Assembly (NCBI GenBank): GCA_038087875.1
Contig: CM075998.1
Span: 5,024,001 to 5,088,000, forward strand
DNA from: Malacoraja senta
Taxonomy: Eukaryota
DNA length: 64,000 nucleotides
Reading direction: 5' to 3'
Every line of letters begins with the position of its first letter. The stretch's first letter is position 1. Positions 12,010-23,554 of the stretch are shown here, one piece after another. A program made the translations under genes and the position numbers. The notes below the pieces were generated by a model. That model ran no database searches, was not told the origin of the DNA, and worked only from the letters and a program-made list of their open reading frames with translations.

Positions 12010-13370
12010 CCATATGGTTGGCCTTCATTGCGAGAGGACTTGAGTTTAGGAGCAAGGAGGTCCCACTGCAGTTGTACAGGGCCCAGGTGAGACAGCACCT
12101 GGAGTATTGTGGGCAGTTTTGGTCTCCTAATTTGAGGAAGGATATTATTGCTATTGAGGGAGTGCAGCATAGGTTCACCAGGTTAATTCCCGGGATGGCG
12201 GGACTGACATATGATGAAAGAATGGATCGACTGGGCTTGTATTCACTGGAATTTAGAAGGATGAGAGGGAATCTTATAGAAACATATACAATTCTTAAGG
12301 GATTGGACAGGCTGCAGGAAACATGTTCCAGATTTTGGAGGAGTCCAGAACTAGGGGTCACAGTTTAACAATAAGGGGTAGCACTGAGATGAGGAAAAAC
12401 GTTTTCACCCAGAGAGTTGTGAATCTGTGGAATTCTCTGCCACATAAGGCAGTGGAGGCCAATTCACTGGATGTTTTCAAGAGAGAGTTACAGAAACATA
12501 GAAAATAGGTGCAGGAGTAGGCCATTCGGCCCTTCGAGCCTGCACCGCCATTCAATATGATCATGACTGATCATCCAACTCAGTATCCTGTACCTGCCTT
12601 CTCTCCATACCCCCTGATCCCTTTAGCCACAAGGGCCACATCTAACTCCCTCTTAAATATAGCCAATGAACTGGCCTCAACTACCTTCTGTGGCTGAGAA
12701 TTCCAGAGATTCACCACAGTGTGAAAAATGTTTTTCTCATCTCGGTCCTAAAAGATGTCCCCTTTATCCTTAAACTGTGACCCCTTGTCCTGGACTTCTC
12801 CTACATCGGGAAACAATCTTCCTGCATCTAGCCTGTCCAACCCCTTAAGAACTTTGTACGTTTCTATAAGATCCCCCCTCAATCTTCTAAATTCTAGCGA
12901 GTACAAGCCAAGTCTATCCAGTCTTTCTTCATATGAAAGTCCTGACATCCCAGGAATCAGTCTGGTGAACCTTCTCTGTACTCCCTCTATGGCAAGAATG
13001 TATTTCCTCAGTTAGATTTAGCTCTTAGGGCTAACGGAATCAAGGGATATGGGGGGAAAAGCAGGAACAGGGTACTGATTGTAGATGCTCAGCCATGATC
13101 ATATTGAATGGCGATGCTGGCTGGAAGGGCTGAATGGCCTCCTCCTGCACCTAGACAAAAATGCTGGAGAAACTCAGTGGGTGCAGCAGCATCTATGGAG
13201 CAAAGGAAATAGGCAACGTTTCGTCCCGAAACGTTGCCTATTTCCTTCGCTCCATAGATGCTGCTGCACCCGCTGAGTTTCTCCAGCATTTTTTGTCTAC
13301 CTTCGATTTTCCAGCATCTGCAGTTTCCTTCTTAAACACTCCTCCTGCACCTATTGTCTATGTTTCTATC
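12010..13370. mobile_element. Nested CR1 3' fragments: a + copy interrupted by a - copy (12491-13010) and by a fold-back element (13154-13338)
   Basis: CR1 RT C-terminal peptides on both strands. AGTTA duplicated around the - copy. 15-bp TSD around the fold-back. Confidence 0.8.
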
Positions 13371-13438
13371 TGATGCATTCGTGCCAGGTTGAATCTGATT
13401 TGTGGCTCTTTGACATGGTGTCGTTTTCCACTCTGCAG

Positions 13439-13674
13439 GGCGGCGGGTTTTTCTTCATCGAGCACGTGGCTGCCCCGAAGACCGGGTGGCTGCACTTCTT
13501 TCAACACGTGGTTCAGCCGGCGTGGCGTTACTTTGGCGACGGCTGCCGCCTGACCTGCAACACTGAGGCGCACCTCGAGAAAGCCAAATTCTCCAAGCTG
13601 TATTGAAGTACATCACGGAGCCGATGGCCTTCAGGCTGATCAATGAACATGTTGTTGGGTATGGAGTCAAATGA
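13439..13674 (+). CDS. METTL7A: METTL7A/TMT1A-like coding exon 2 (1-nt frameshift near 13601)
   Basis: Acceptor ttttccactctgcAG|GGC. Reads GGGFFFIEHVAAPKTGWLHFFQHVVQPAWRYFGDGCRLT...KAKFSKL, then in the shifted frame LKYITEPMAFRLINEHVVGYGVK-TGA (13672-13674), matching the METTL7 C-terminus (..GYAVK). Corrected protein is about 243 aa. Confidence 0.9.
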
Positions 13675-13824
13675 GAAAGTGGGCCACGTGACTACCTTAC
13701 CGAAGGGGCTTTGTCTCTGGATTGCGTATTGTCAATTCTTGCTGAACTTAGCGTTCATCAGTTAATTGCAAGAGTTGCTTAGATTAATTTTAATTCTGTC
13801 CTTTTAAGTCGGTGTGTTATGTGG

Positions 13825-14855
13825 AGGGATGTAGTGGGGTACCGCAAGGCTCGGTGCTGGGACCAGCAGCTATTTACAATATACATCAATGATTTGGATG
13901 AAGGGATTCAAAGTAACATTAGCAAATTTGCGGATGACACAAAGCTGGGTGGCAGTGTGAACTGTGAGGAGGATGCTATGAGAATGCAGGGTCACTTGGA
14001 CAGGTTGGGGGAGTGGGCAGATGCATGGCAGATGAAGTTTAATGCGGATAAATGTGAGGTTATCCACTTTGGCAGCAAAAACAGGAAGGCAGATTACTAT
14101 CTAAATGGCGTCAAGTTGGGAAAAGGGGAAGTACAACGGGATCTGGGGGTCCTTGTTCATCAGTCTATGAAAGTAAGCATGCAGGTACAGCAGGCAGTGA
14201 AGAAAGCGAATGGCATGTTGGCCTTTATAACAAGATGAATCGAATATAGGAACAAAGAAGCCCTTCTGCAATTGTACAGAGCCCTAGTGAGACCACACCT
14301 GGAGTATTGTGTGCAGTTTTGGTCCCCTAATTTGAGGAAAGACATTCTTGCTATTGAGGGAGTGCAGTGTAGGTTTACAAGGTGTAATTCCCGGGATGGC
14401 GGGACTGTCATATGCTGAGCGAATTGAGCAGCTGGGCTTGTACACTCTGGAGTTCAGAAGGATGAGAGGGAATCTCATTGAAACATATAAGATTGTTAAG
14501 GGCTTGGACACGCTAGAGGCAGGAAACATGTTCCCGATGTTGGGGGAGTCCAGAACCAGGGGCCACAGTTTAAGAATAATGGGTAAGCCATTTAGAACAG
14601 AGATGAGGAAACACTTTTTCACACAGAGAGTGGTGAATCTGTGAATTCTCTGCCTCAGAGGGCGGTGGAGGCGGGTTCTATGGATGCTTTCAAGAGAGAG
14701 CTAGATAGGGCTCTTAAAAATAGCGGAGTCAGGGGATATGGGGAGAAGGCTGGAACGGGGTGCTGATTGGGGATGATCAGCCATGATCACATTGAATGGC
14801 AGTGCTGGCTCGAAGGGCCAAATGGCCTGTTCCTGCACCTATTGTCTATTGTCTA
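13825..14855 (+). mobile_element. CR1 LINE, 5'-truncated
   Basis: SGVPQGSVLG, ISKFADDTKLGG (YADD-like), KCEVIHFG and the CR1 3'UTR. Confidence 0.9.
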
Positions 14856-15054
14856 TTTCTGACTTTCCCGAATCCTATATATCTCTTTTTGCCCCCTTCT
14901 CTCCCCCCCTCTACGCCCCCACCCCACCCCGATCCCCTTCCATCAATATCCTAACCATACCATACGTTATATCCAAACAGTCATAAAAACACATGAAACA
15001 TGAAATTAAAGTGATGAGTGGAAAGGACTGGGAAGGGGGGGGGGGGGGGAGTCA

Positions 15055-15425
15055 GTCTCAGTCTACCACAACAGAAGGGGGGGGGGAGTTGTACACTTTG
15101 ATAGCCACAGGAAGAAGGATCTCCTGTGGCGTTCTGTGCTGCATCTTGGTGGAACCAGTCTGTTGCTGAAGGTGCTCCTCAGGTTGACCAGTGATGTCAC
15201 GGAGGGGGTGAGCTGTATTGTCCAGGATGCTCCGCAGTTTGAGGAGCATCCTCCCCTCCAAGACCAACCTCCCGTGAATCCAACTCCAACTCCGCCCCCA
15301 GGATGGAGCCGGCCTTCCTGATGAGTTTGTTGATCCTGTTGGGGTCCGCGTCCTTCGCCCTGCTGCCCCAGCACACGGCAGCCAAGAAGATGGCACTGGC
15401 CACCACCTTATCCAGCGCCATTTTG
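15055..15425 (-). mobile_element. Rex1/Babar-type LINE 3' fragment
   Basis: VVASAIFLAAVCWGS..RINKLIRKAGS..ILDNTAHPL..RCSTERHRRSF peptides. Confidence 0.7.
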
Positions 15426-16827
15426 TCTCCTTTGCACCTCCAGTCTTTGTCAGTTCCCTCCACAGGTCCCACAGATTCACCGCCCTCTGGTTAAAGAAAT
15501 TCCTCATCTCCTTTCTAAAGCGATGTCCTTTTACCCTCTGGTGCTAGACTCTCCCACTAGGGTAAACATCTCCACATCCAGGCCTTTCAATATTCCATGG
15601 GAAACTTACACTGAAGATAGACACAAAAAGCTGGAGTAACTCACCAGGTCAGGCAGCATCTCTGGAGAGAAGCAATGGGCGACGTTTAGGATCGAGACCC
15701 TTCTTCAGACTCGGGGGAGATGGGTGACGTTTTGGGTCACCCATTCCTTCTCTCCAGAGATGCTGCGTGACCTGCTGAGTTACTCCAGCACTTTGTGTCT
15801 ATCTTCGGTTTAAACCAGCATCTGCAGTTCCTTCCAACACATACCTTACATTGGTCATTGAATTCTCCAATTTTACGAAAGACCACCAACCCCCCCCCTC
15901 CCCTCTTTTGCTTATATCCCCCCCCCCCCCCCCGAGTCACCCTGTCCATTGTACACTCATCTCCCATCAGTGTCCCTCCTTTTCATTTTATCCCCCCTCT
16001 TTCCCCTCCCCTCCCACCTATTTTGCTCCCTATGGCTTTACATTTCATCCCTCCTCTCGTCCACTTAACTGACGCTCCTTTTCACCTCCAGCCTTTGTTA
16101 CTTACTCCCCCTCCCCCCGCCATATGACAGTTAACCCCCTCCCCTCACCTGTATCATCCATCACATGCCAGGCTTTGGGTAGATGGGAAAATGAACCCCA
16201 CTCTCCCGTCTCCACCGGCCAGTGATGTGATGGACGCAGGGTTCTGGACCAATTGCTGACGTCCCTCCCCCCCCCGGCAACGTCATGTCTGTTATTTGAC
16301 GTTTCTGTTGAGCGGCATTCAGTTCGTTGGCTTGTAGGCGACGCCGCCTTTCGGGTAAGTGGCGTTTCGGCAGAGCGGCCATTCGGTGAGTTTGCTTTTA
16401 GGCGTCCCACCTATTTGGCGTTTCGGCTTTGTTTCCATTCGGTTATTTGGCTTCCACTTCTTTGCTTCGGCTTCTCGTCCATCGGCGCCACGTCCGCACA
16501 CGGTGGAAACAGGCATTTTGGCCCAACTTGCCCACTACTTGCCCCAACTATACTAGTCCCACCTGCCTGCATTTGGTCCATATCCTTCCAAACTTGTTCG
16601 ATTCATGTACCTGTCTCACTGTTTATTAAACGTTGAGATCCCGGAGAAAACCCACGCAGGTCACGGGGAGAACGTGCAATCTCCGTACAGACAACGCCCG
16701 TGGTCAGGATGGAACCCGGGTCCCTGCGCTGTGAGGCAGCAACTCTACCGCTGCGCCACCGTGATGTCCCTGTCTTTTCATTTATTTCAGATTTATTCCA
16801 GCAACTACTTTCCTTTAAGTCACAAGT

Positions 16828-17836
16828 CACAGAGTGATACGCGTGAAAATAGGCCCTTCAGCCCAAATTGCCCTCACCAACCAACATGTCCCAGCTCCAC
16901 TAGTCCCACCTGCCCGCGTTTGGTCCATATCCCTCCAAACCTGTCCTATCCATGTACCTGTCTAACTGTTTCTTAAACGTTGCGATAGTCTCAGCCTCAA
17001 CTACCTCCTCTGGCATCTTGTCCATACACCCACGACCCAGTGTGTGAAAATGTTACCCCTCAGATTCCTATTAAATCTTTTCCCCTTCACCTTGAACCTA
17101 TGTCCTCTGGTCCTCGATTGCTCTACTATGGGCAAGAGACTCTGTGCATCTACCCGATCTATTCCCCTCATGATTTTGTACACCTCTATAAGATCACCCC
17201 TCATCCTCCTGCGCTCCATGGAATGGAGACCCAGCCTACTCAACCTCTCCCTATAGCTCACACCCTCTAGTCCTGGCAACATCCTCATACATCTTTGAAC
17301 CCTTTTCAAGCTTGACAATATCTTTCCTATAACATGGTGCCCAGAACTGAACACAATATTCTAAATGCGGTCTCACCAACGTCTTGTACAACTGCAACAT
17401 TACCTCCAAACTTCTATACTCAATACTCTGACTGATGAAGGCCAAAGTGCCAAAAAGTCTTTTGACCACCTTATCTACGTGCAACTCGACCTTAAAGGAA
17501 CCATGCACCTGTACTCCTAGATCCCTCTGCTCTACAACACTACCCAGAGGCCGACCATTTACTGAGTAGGTCCTGCCCTTGTTCGACGCCCCAAAATGCA
17601 ACACCTCACACTTCTCTGTATTAAATTCCATCAACCATTCCTCCGCCCACCTGGCCAATCGATCCAGATCCTGCTGCAATCGTTCACAACCATCTTCACT
17701 ATCTGCAAAACCACCCACTTTTGTATCATCAGCAAACTTGCTAATCTTGCCCTGTATGTTCTCATCCAAATCATTGATGTAGATGACAAACAGTAACGGG
17801 CCCAGCACCGAACCCTGAGGCACACCACTAGTCACA
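16828..17836 (-). mobile_element. CR1 LINE, 5'-truncated
   Basis: ORF 17251-17889 contains [32 protein letters not shown]. Confidence 0.9.
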
Positions 17837-17842
17837 GGATAA

Positions 17843-18325
17843 AGGGCCTGTCCCACTTGCATGCGATTGCGTGCGTTTGGCGCGTCCAAACGGAAGCGTA
17901 GTTCGCGCTAAGTACGCGCTAAGTGCTCGCTAAGTTCGCGCTAAGTTCGCGCATGACTTCATTTGCGTCATGCTTACCAATCAGCTGGGCAGGCGGGCCG
18001 ACTGAATTTGGGCGTCGGGCGGTGACGTCATCACGCAACGCCACGCTGGGCAGTGACGTCATCGCGCAACGCCACGCGCTAGACGTACGCCGTCAAGACG
18101 CTGCATACGACCGCAATGCGCCTGCGTGCCGACAGGCCTTTGGCGCGCCAAGATTTGGGCCACTGCCAGAATTTCGGAGCCCCGCGCGATGTTGGGACCA
18201 GCCCCGCACAACTCCGCGATTCTAAGTGGGACCGGCCCCGCGCGGCCATACGGTGCCCGTACGCCTCAAGCGACCACGAGGTCGCTTAATTTGCGAGCCA
18301 AGGTCGCGTAAGTGGGACAGGCCCT
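17843..18325. mobile_element. PIF/Harbinger-type MITE
   Basis: TAA|AGGGCCTGTCCCACTT ... AAGTGGGACAGGCCCT|TAA (3-bp TSD). Confidence 0.85.
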
Positions 18326-21300
18326 TAACACTTATTCTCTGAAAGGCAATGCAATGGAGGGAATCGGCAATCTGAATGCAATGTAATGAAGCACAACTAG
18401 AGAGCAGGGCTGAACCACAATCTACCCCTTTGGTGACCCTCGCACTATCTTTGATCGGACTTTGCTGGCTTTATCTTGCACTAAACATTACTCCCTTATC
18501 ATGTATCTGTACACTGTCAATGGCTCGATTGTAATCATGTGTTGCGTGCTAATCTGCTGGCTGGTTAGCACGCAACAAAAGCTTTTCACACGTGACAATA
18601 AACTAATCCGAAACTGAAGTTCAGTAACATGAATCTTGATACATATAGAAACTTTGTTGGATTTTATATTTGATTATTTTAATAAATGCTTACCCCAATA
18701 TCCTCCGAGCCTCTGTGTGCCAGATTATTTTGCCTATTCACGAAATATTACTCTTTGATTTGAATTTATGTATTGCAGAATTATTATTTTCGTTTGAAAC
18801 ATAGGACTGACTGCATGTGGATAAACATTGCACTTAATAGACAGACCAACGGATCAGATCAAATGTGTCGGAAGGGTCTGCAGATGCTTGTTTACTTTGA
18901 AGATGGACACTCAACGGGACAGGCAGCATTTCTGGAGAGAAGGGATGGGTGACGTTTCGGGTCGAGACCCTTTTAGTTTAGAGATACAGCACGGAAACAC
19001 ACCGAGTCCGCACCGACCAGCAATCCCTGCACACTAACACTATCCTACACACACTAGGGACAATTTACACTTACACCAAGCCAATTAACCTACAAACCTG
19101 CACGTCTTTGGAATGTGGGAGGAAACTGAAGATCTTGGAGAAAACCCACGCGGTCACGGGGAGAACGTACAAACTCCGTGCAGACAGCACCCGTAGTCGG
19201 GATCGAACCCGGGTCTCTGGCGCTGCAGGCGATGAAAGGCAGCAACTCTACCGCTGCACCACCGTGACCGCCCCCACCTTGGCCTTCTTCAGATCTAATC
19301 ACTGCAATGCTGCCTCATCTGCCCATGAATGGCAGTGGGCAGTTCAGCTAACTAAAGGAGGCTTCAGGTATATCCCCATTGTCAACAATGACAAGGCCTG
19401 GCATATGAGCATTGAAGACAATACCTGCAACCTTGCTGAGGTGACTAATGTATGATTCGTAGGTTCTGAGCACCACATATATCCTGTGGATTCAAAAGCA
19501 ACTTTGCTATCATTGTCTCCTTCCCTGGCCCAACGTAGCCATTCCACTCGGCACAAGGCAATATTTTCTGGACGAGTCCAAGTCTGACACAGCCATGATT
19601 CGAAGGTGAAGTAGACTTGATGGGCCGAATGGCCTATATCTGCTTCTATCACTTATGAATTTATGGCACAGCAGGTAGAGCAGCTCCCTCACAGCGCCAC
19701 AGATCCGGGTTCGCTCCTCCCTCAGGGGGTGCTGTCTATGTGTGTGGAGTTTGCACGTTCTACCCCGTGACCGCGTGGGTTTCCTCCGGGTGCTCCGGTT
19801 TCCTCCCACACCACAGACGTGCGGGTGTGCAGGTTAATTGGTCCACTGTAAATTGCCCCCTCTTGTGTAGGGAGTGGATGACAAAGTGGGATAACACGGA
19901 ACTAGTGTGTGAAGGGGTGATCGCTGGTCAGCACGGTCTCGGTGGGCCGAAGGGCCTGTTTCCATGCTGTACCGCTAAAACTAAAATTGAACAATTCACA
20001 AAGTGGGCAAGATTTCTTTTACACATGACGTAGTGAAGTCATGAATTTGTTTACTTGCCTCTTGTCAATGTTTCCATCGACAGATAGACACAAAATGCTG
20101 GAGTAACTCAGCGGGACAGGCAGCATCTCTGGAGAGAAGGAATGGGTGATGTTTCGGGTCGAGACCCTTCTTCAGACTGAAACATCACCCGTTCCTTCTC
20201 TCCAGAGATACTGCCTGTCCCGCTGAGTTACTCCAGCACTTTGTGTCTATTTTTGGTTTAAACCAGCATCTGCAGTTCCTTCTTACACACTCCCGTGGCT
20301 CTGATACACACCCACCTCATGGACTTTGCCCAGACTGAAGATATGAAAGCACCATTCATCTCCGAAACCCTTCCCACTTCATCCAAGTCGGCGTGACTGT
20401 TGACGGAGACACAAGGAACTGCAGATGCTGGAATCCTGAACAAAACACAAAGCGCTGGAGGAACTCAGGAGGTCAGGCAGCATCTGTGGGGAGAAACGCA
20501 CGGGTGACGCTTTGGGTCGGGCCCCTTTTTCAGTCTGATTGGGGGTGGAGTTTAACATTAATACCAGTCTCCGAGGACAGGATTGAACCCAGGTCTCTGG
20601 TGCTGTGAGGCAGCAGCTCTACCCGCTGCACCACTGTGTCGCCCTGTCATGCAAACATTCTGTACGTGAACATTTAATATGCCCTATCTGGGTGGAAATA
20701 CTTAGCTGCTGGGCTACAGTGGGGGATTGTGATCGCCTTGTTATCTTACAATACCATACATTATGCATTGTTTCTCATTCCCTCCCCATCCACTTAAACA
20801 TACCTGCTTATTTTCGCTTCATCAATCCCACTACCTCTGCACTGCCATCCCTTCCGCACAAGGCACTCCTTAGACTTCTGACTTCAGAGATACAGCGTGG
20901 AAACAGGCCCTTCTGCCCAACGAGTCCGTGCTGACCAGCGACCACCCCGCCAACTAGCACCGTCCCACACACACACTCGGGACAATTTTCCATTTTACAG
21001 AAGCCAATTAACCTACAAACCTGCACTTCATTGGAGTGTGGGAGGAAACCCACGCAGGTCACGGGGAGAATGTACAAACTCCGTACAGATAGCACCCACG
21101 GTCAGGATGGAACCCGGGTCTCTGGCGCTGTGAGGCAGCAACTCTACTGCTGCGCCACCATGCCGACTAAAATCAGAAAGGGCAGCATCTTTTAATTCAA
21201 CATTCTGAAGGACTCGGTCGAAGGACGGATGAAGTGTCTTGCTTTTATTTTCAGGTTGATAGAAGTTAATGGGAAAGTGCTTGGGTTTAATGGTTGTCCA

Positions 21301-21649
21301 GTTCCTCGTACCACTTTCGCAATTGATCCTTGAGAAAATAACCCAGTGAACACAGTGGGCCACGTATTGTCCACCTTTCCTTCAACTCCTGAGGGAAATG
21401 ATTACATGAGACATGAGTAACACTAAACTCAGGCCCAATGTCACCTCTCCAAATGGCAGCAATACTCACCTGGTGATAAATACAGGGTTAAAATCAACCG
21501 ATTTGCATAATCATTAGGTCACTATGATTCCTGGAATAAGCATAAAATTCAATTATTCATGAAAAAATACAAGGAAGCCATTCAATATTAATCAGCCATA
21601 AACCTGCCAACAAAATGTAATTACATAATCGACCAAATCATCATAATAA

Positions 21650-22350
21650 TCATCATCATACTTTAATAGCCAAGTATGTTTTGCAACATACGAGGAATTT
21701 CATTTGCCATACAGTCATACCAATAAAAAGCAACAGAACACACAAACACATTTTAACATAAACATCCACCACAGTGACTCCTCCACATTCCTCACTGTGA
21801 TGGAAGGCGAAAAAAAAGTTCAATCTCTTCCCTTCTTTGTTCTCCCGCAGTTGGGGGCCTCGAGCCTTCCGTTGACGGGAGAATCTTGGCTACCATAGCC
21901 AGTGGTCAGGCCCTCTGCATCGGGGCGATCAAGCTCCCGCATCAGGGGCGATCTCAGCTCCCCGCGCCGGGCGATCGGACCCCGTGTTGGGGCTGGTCGA
22001 ATCTCCTGCGGCTTGGAGCTTCCCGACTCGGTCTCTACCTGAGACTTTGAGCCCTCGATGGTGGAATCCGCAGGCAAGGGATCGCAGGCTCCAATGGTAA
22101 GTCCACGGCCCCGCGGTGGGGCTCAAAGTCAGTCCCGAGTGAGGCCTCCAGCTCCATGATGTTAGGCCGCAGAGCGACTGGAGATACAACCCGGAAAACA
22201 ATCGCATCTCCGGCAAGGTAAGAGATTGAAAAAAAGTTTCCCCTGACCCCCTGCCCCCCTCACCCCACACCCCCCACATAAAACAAACCAGAGAACATTA
22301 ACACATACTTTTAAAACACACTAAAAATAACAAAAAGGACAAAAAGACAG
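21650..22350 (-). mobile_element. GC-rich non-autonomous retroposon (hairpin family)
   Basis: (CAT)n tail at the left end and CATCCACCACAGTGA..TCACTGTGATGGA hairpin. Right end similar to 37075-37240. Confidence 0.6.
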
Positions 22351-23326
22351 ACGCTGACGGCGCCACCTGGTGGATAAAACCCCACAATCTTCCAAAGATG
22401 CTGGCCATATTTCAGGAAGAATTCATAGCACTGAGGTAAATCCCATATGCGTTGATTTAAACGCACAGTTACATACCACAGGAACTAAATGTGAATGGCG
22501 TGTAGGCAGGAACAACAGACACTGGTTTAAACTGAAGGTAGACACAAAATGCTGGAGTAACTCAGCGGGACAGGCAGCATCAATGGAGAGAAGGAATGGG
22601 TCTCGACCTGAAACGTCATCCATTCCTTCTCTCCAGAGATGCTGCCGGTCCCGCTGAGTTACTCCAACAGTTTGTGTCTAAATGTGAATGACAATCACTT
22701 AAGATTTATTGACCTAGATTGGAGATAGCACAAGTGCTCAGCACATCACTCGTCTCAGTTCTGTTCTTTGCAAACTTCTGGGTAGTTACGAAAACAGGGG
22801 ACAAAAACACTACCGCGGGCATGCATTTTCGGTAAGAGGCATCAGAACTGACCACACTTTGGAAGTTGCATTGATTGCATTTTGACTCGTCCAACAGTAA
22901 CTCCAACAGGAAGTGAAACTCATTCTGCTAACAGTAAGGTTCGGTTCGTCAGATGTCATTGCGTTGGTGTCAACTCCAAATGATCAGCTCAATCCAACAA
23001 ATCACATCCCAAGGAGACGCACAAGGCTGGAATCAGATCAAGAAGAGTCCTGACCCGAAACATCGTCTGTCCGTTCCCATCCACAGATACTGCCTGGTCC
23101 ACCGATCTCCAGAACTTTCATCATTGAGAAACATTTGATTAGTGCGGGTGTCAGGGGTTACGGGGAGAAGGCAGGAGAATGAGGTGAGGGGGAGAGAGAT
23201 AGATCAGCCTTGATTGAATGGCGGAGTAGACTCAATGGGCCGAATAGCCTAATTCTGCTCCTATCACTTATGACCTTATGAAACACACCCGCAAACCTAC
23301 TGCCAGCACACCAATTGATTCTTTAA

Positions 23327-23554
23327 GGGGCCTGTCCCACTTTCACGACCTAATTCACGACCTTTTTCACTCGTGGACATTTTTCATCAGGCTAGAAAAA
23401 ACGCCCCGACCTACTTGATGCCACGAGTACCTACGACTAGCATCACGGCCTGCTACGACCTACCTACGACCTCGTGACGACCATGCTGCGAGTATGAGTC
23501 AAGGGCAAACTTGGCAGAGGTCGTGAATTAGGTCGTGAAAGTTGGACAGGCCCT
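23327..23554. mobile_element. PIF/Harbinger-type MITE
   Basis: TAA|GGGGCCTGTCCCACTTTCACGACCTAATTCACGACC ... GGTCGTGAATTAGGTCGTGAAAGTTGGACAGGCCCT|TAA. Confidence 0.85.

Noticed and set aside
13604..13606. Selenocysteine or readthrough at the METTL7A in-frame TGA
   Set aside because: Homology continues in a different frame, so an indel explains it rather than recoding.
22905..22922. Ets-IRF composite motif GGAAGTGAAAC, and octamer ATTTGCAT at 21501
   Set aside because: Isolated short motifs are expected by chance in 64 kb, and there is no supporting promoter evidence.
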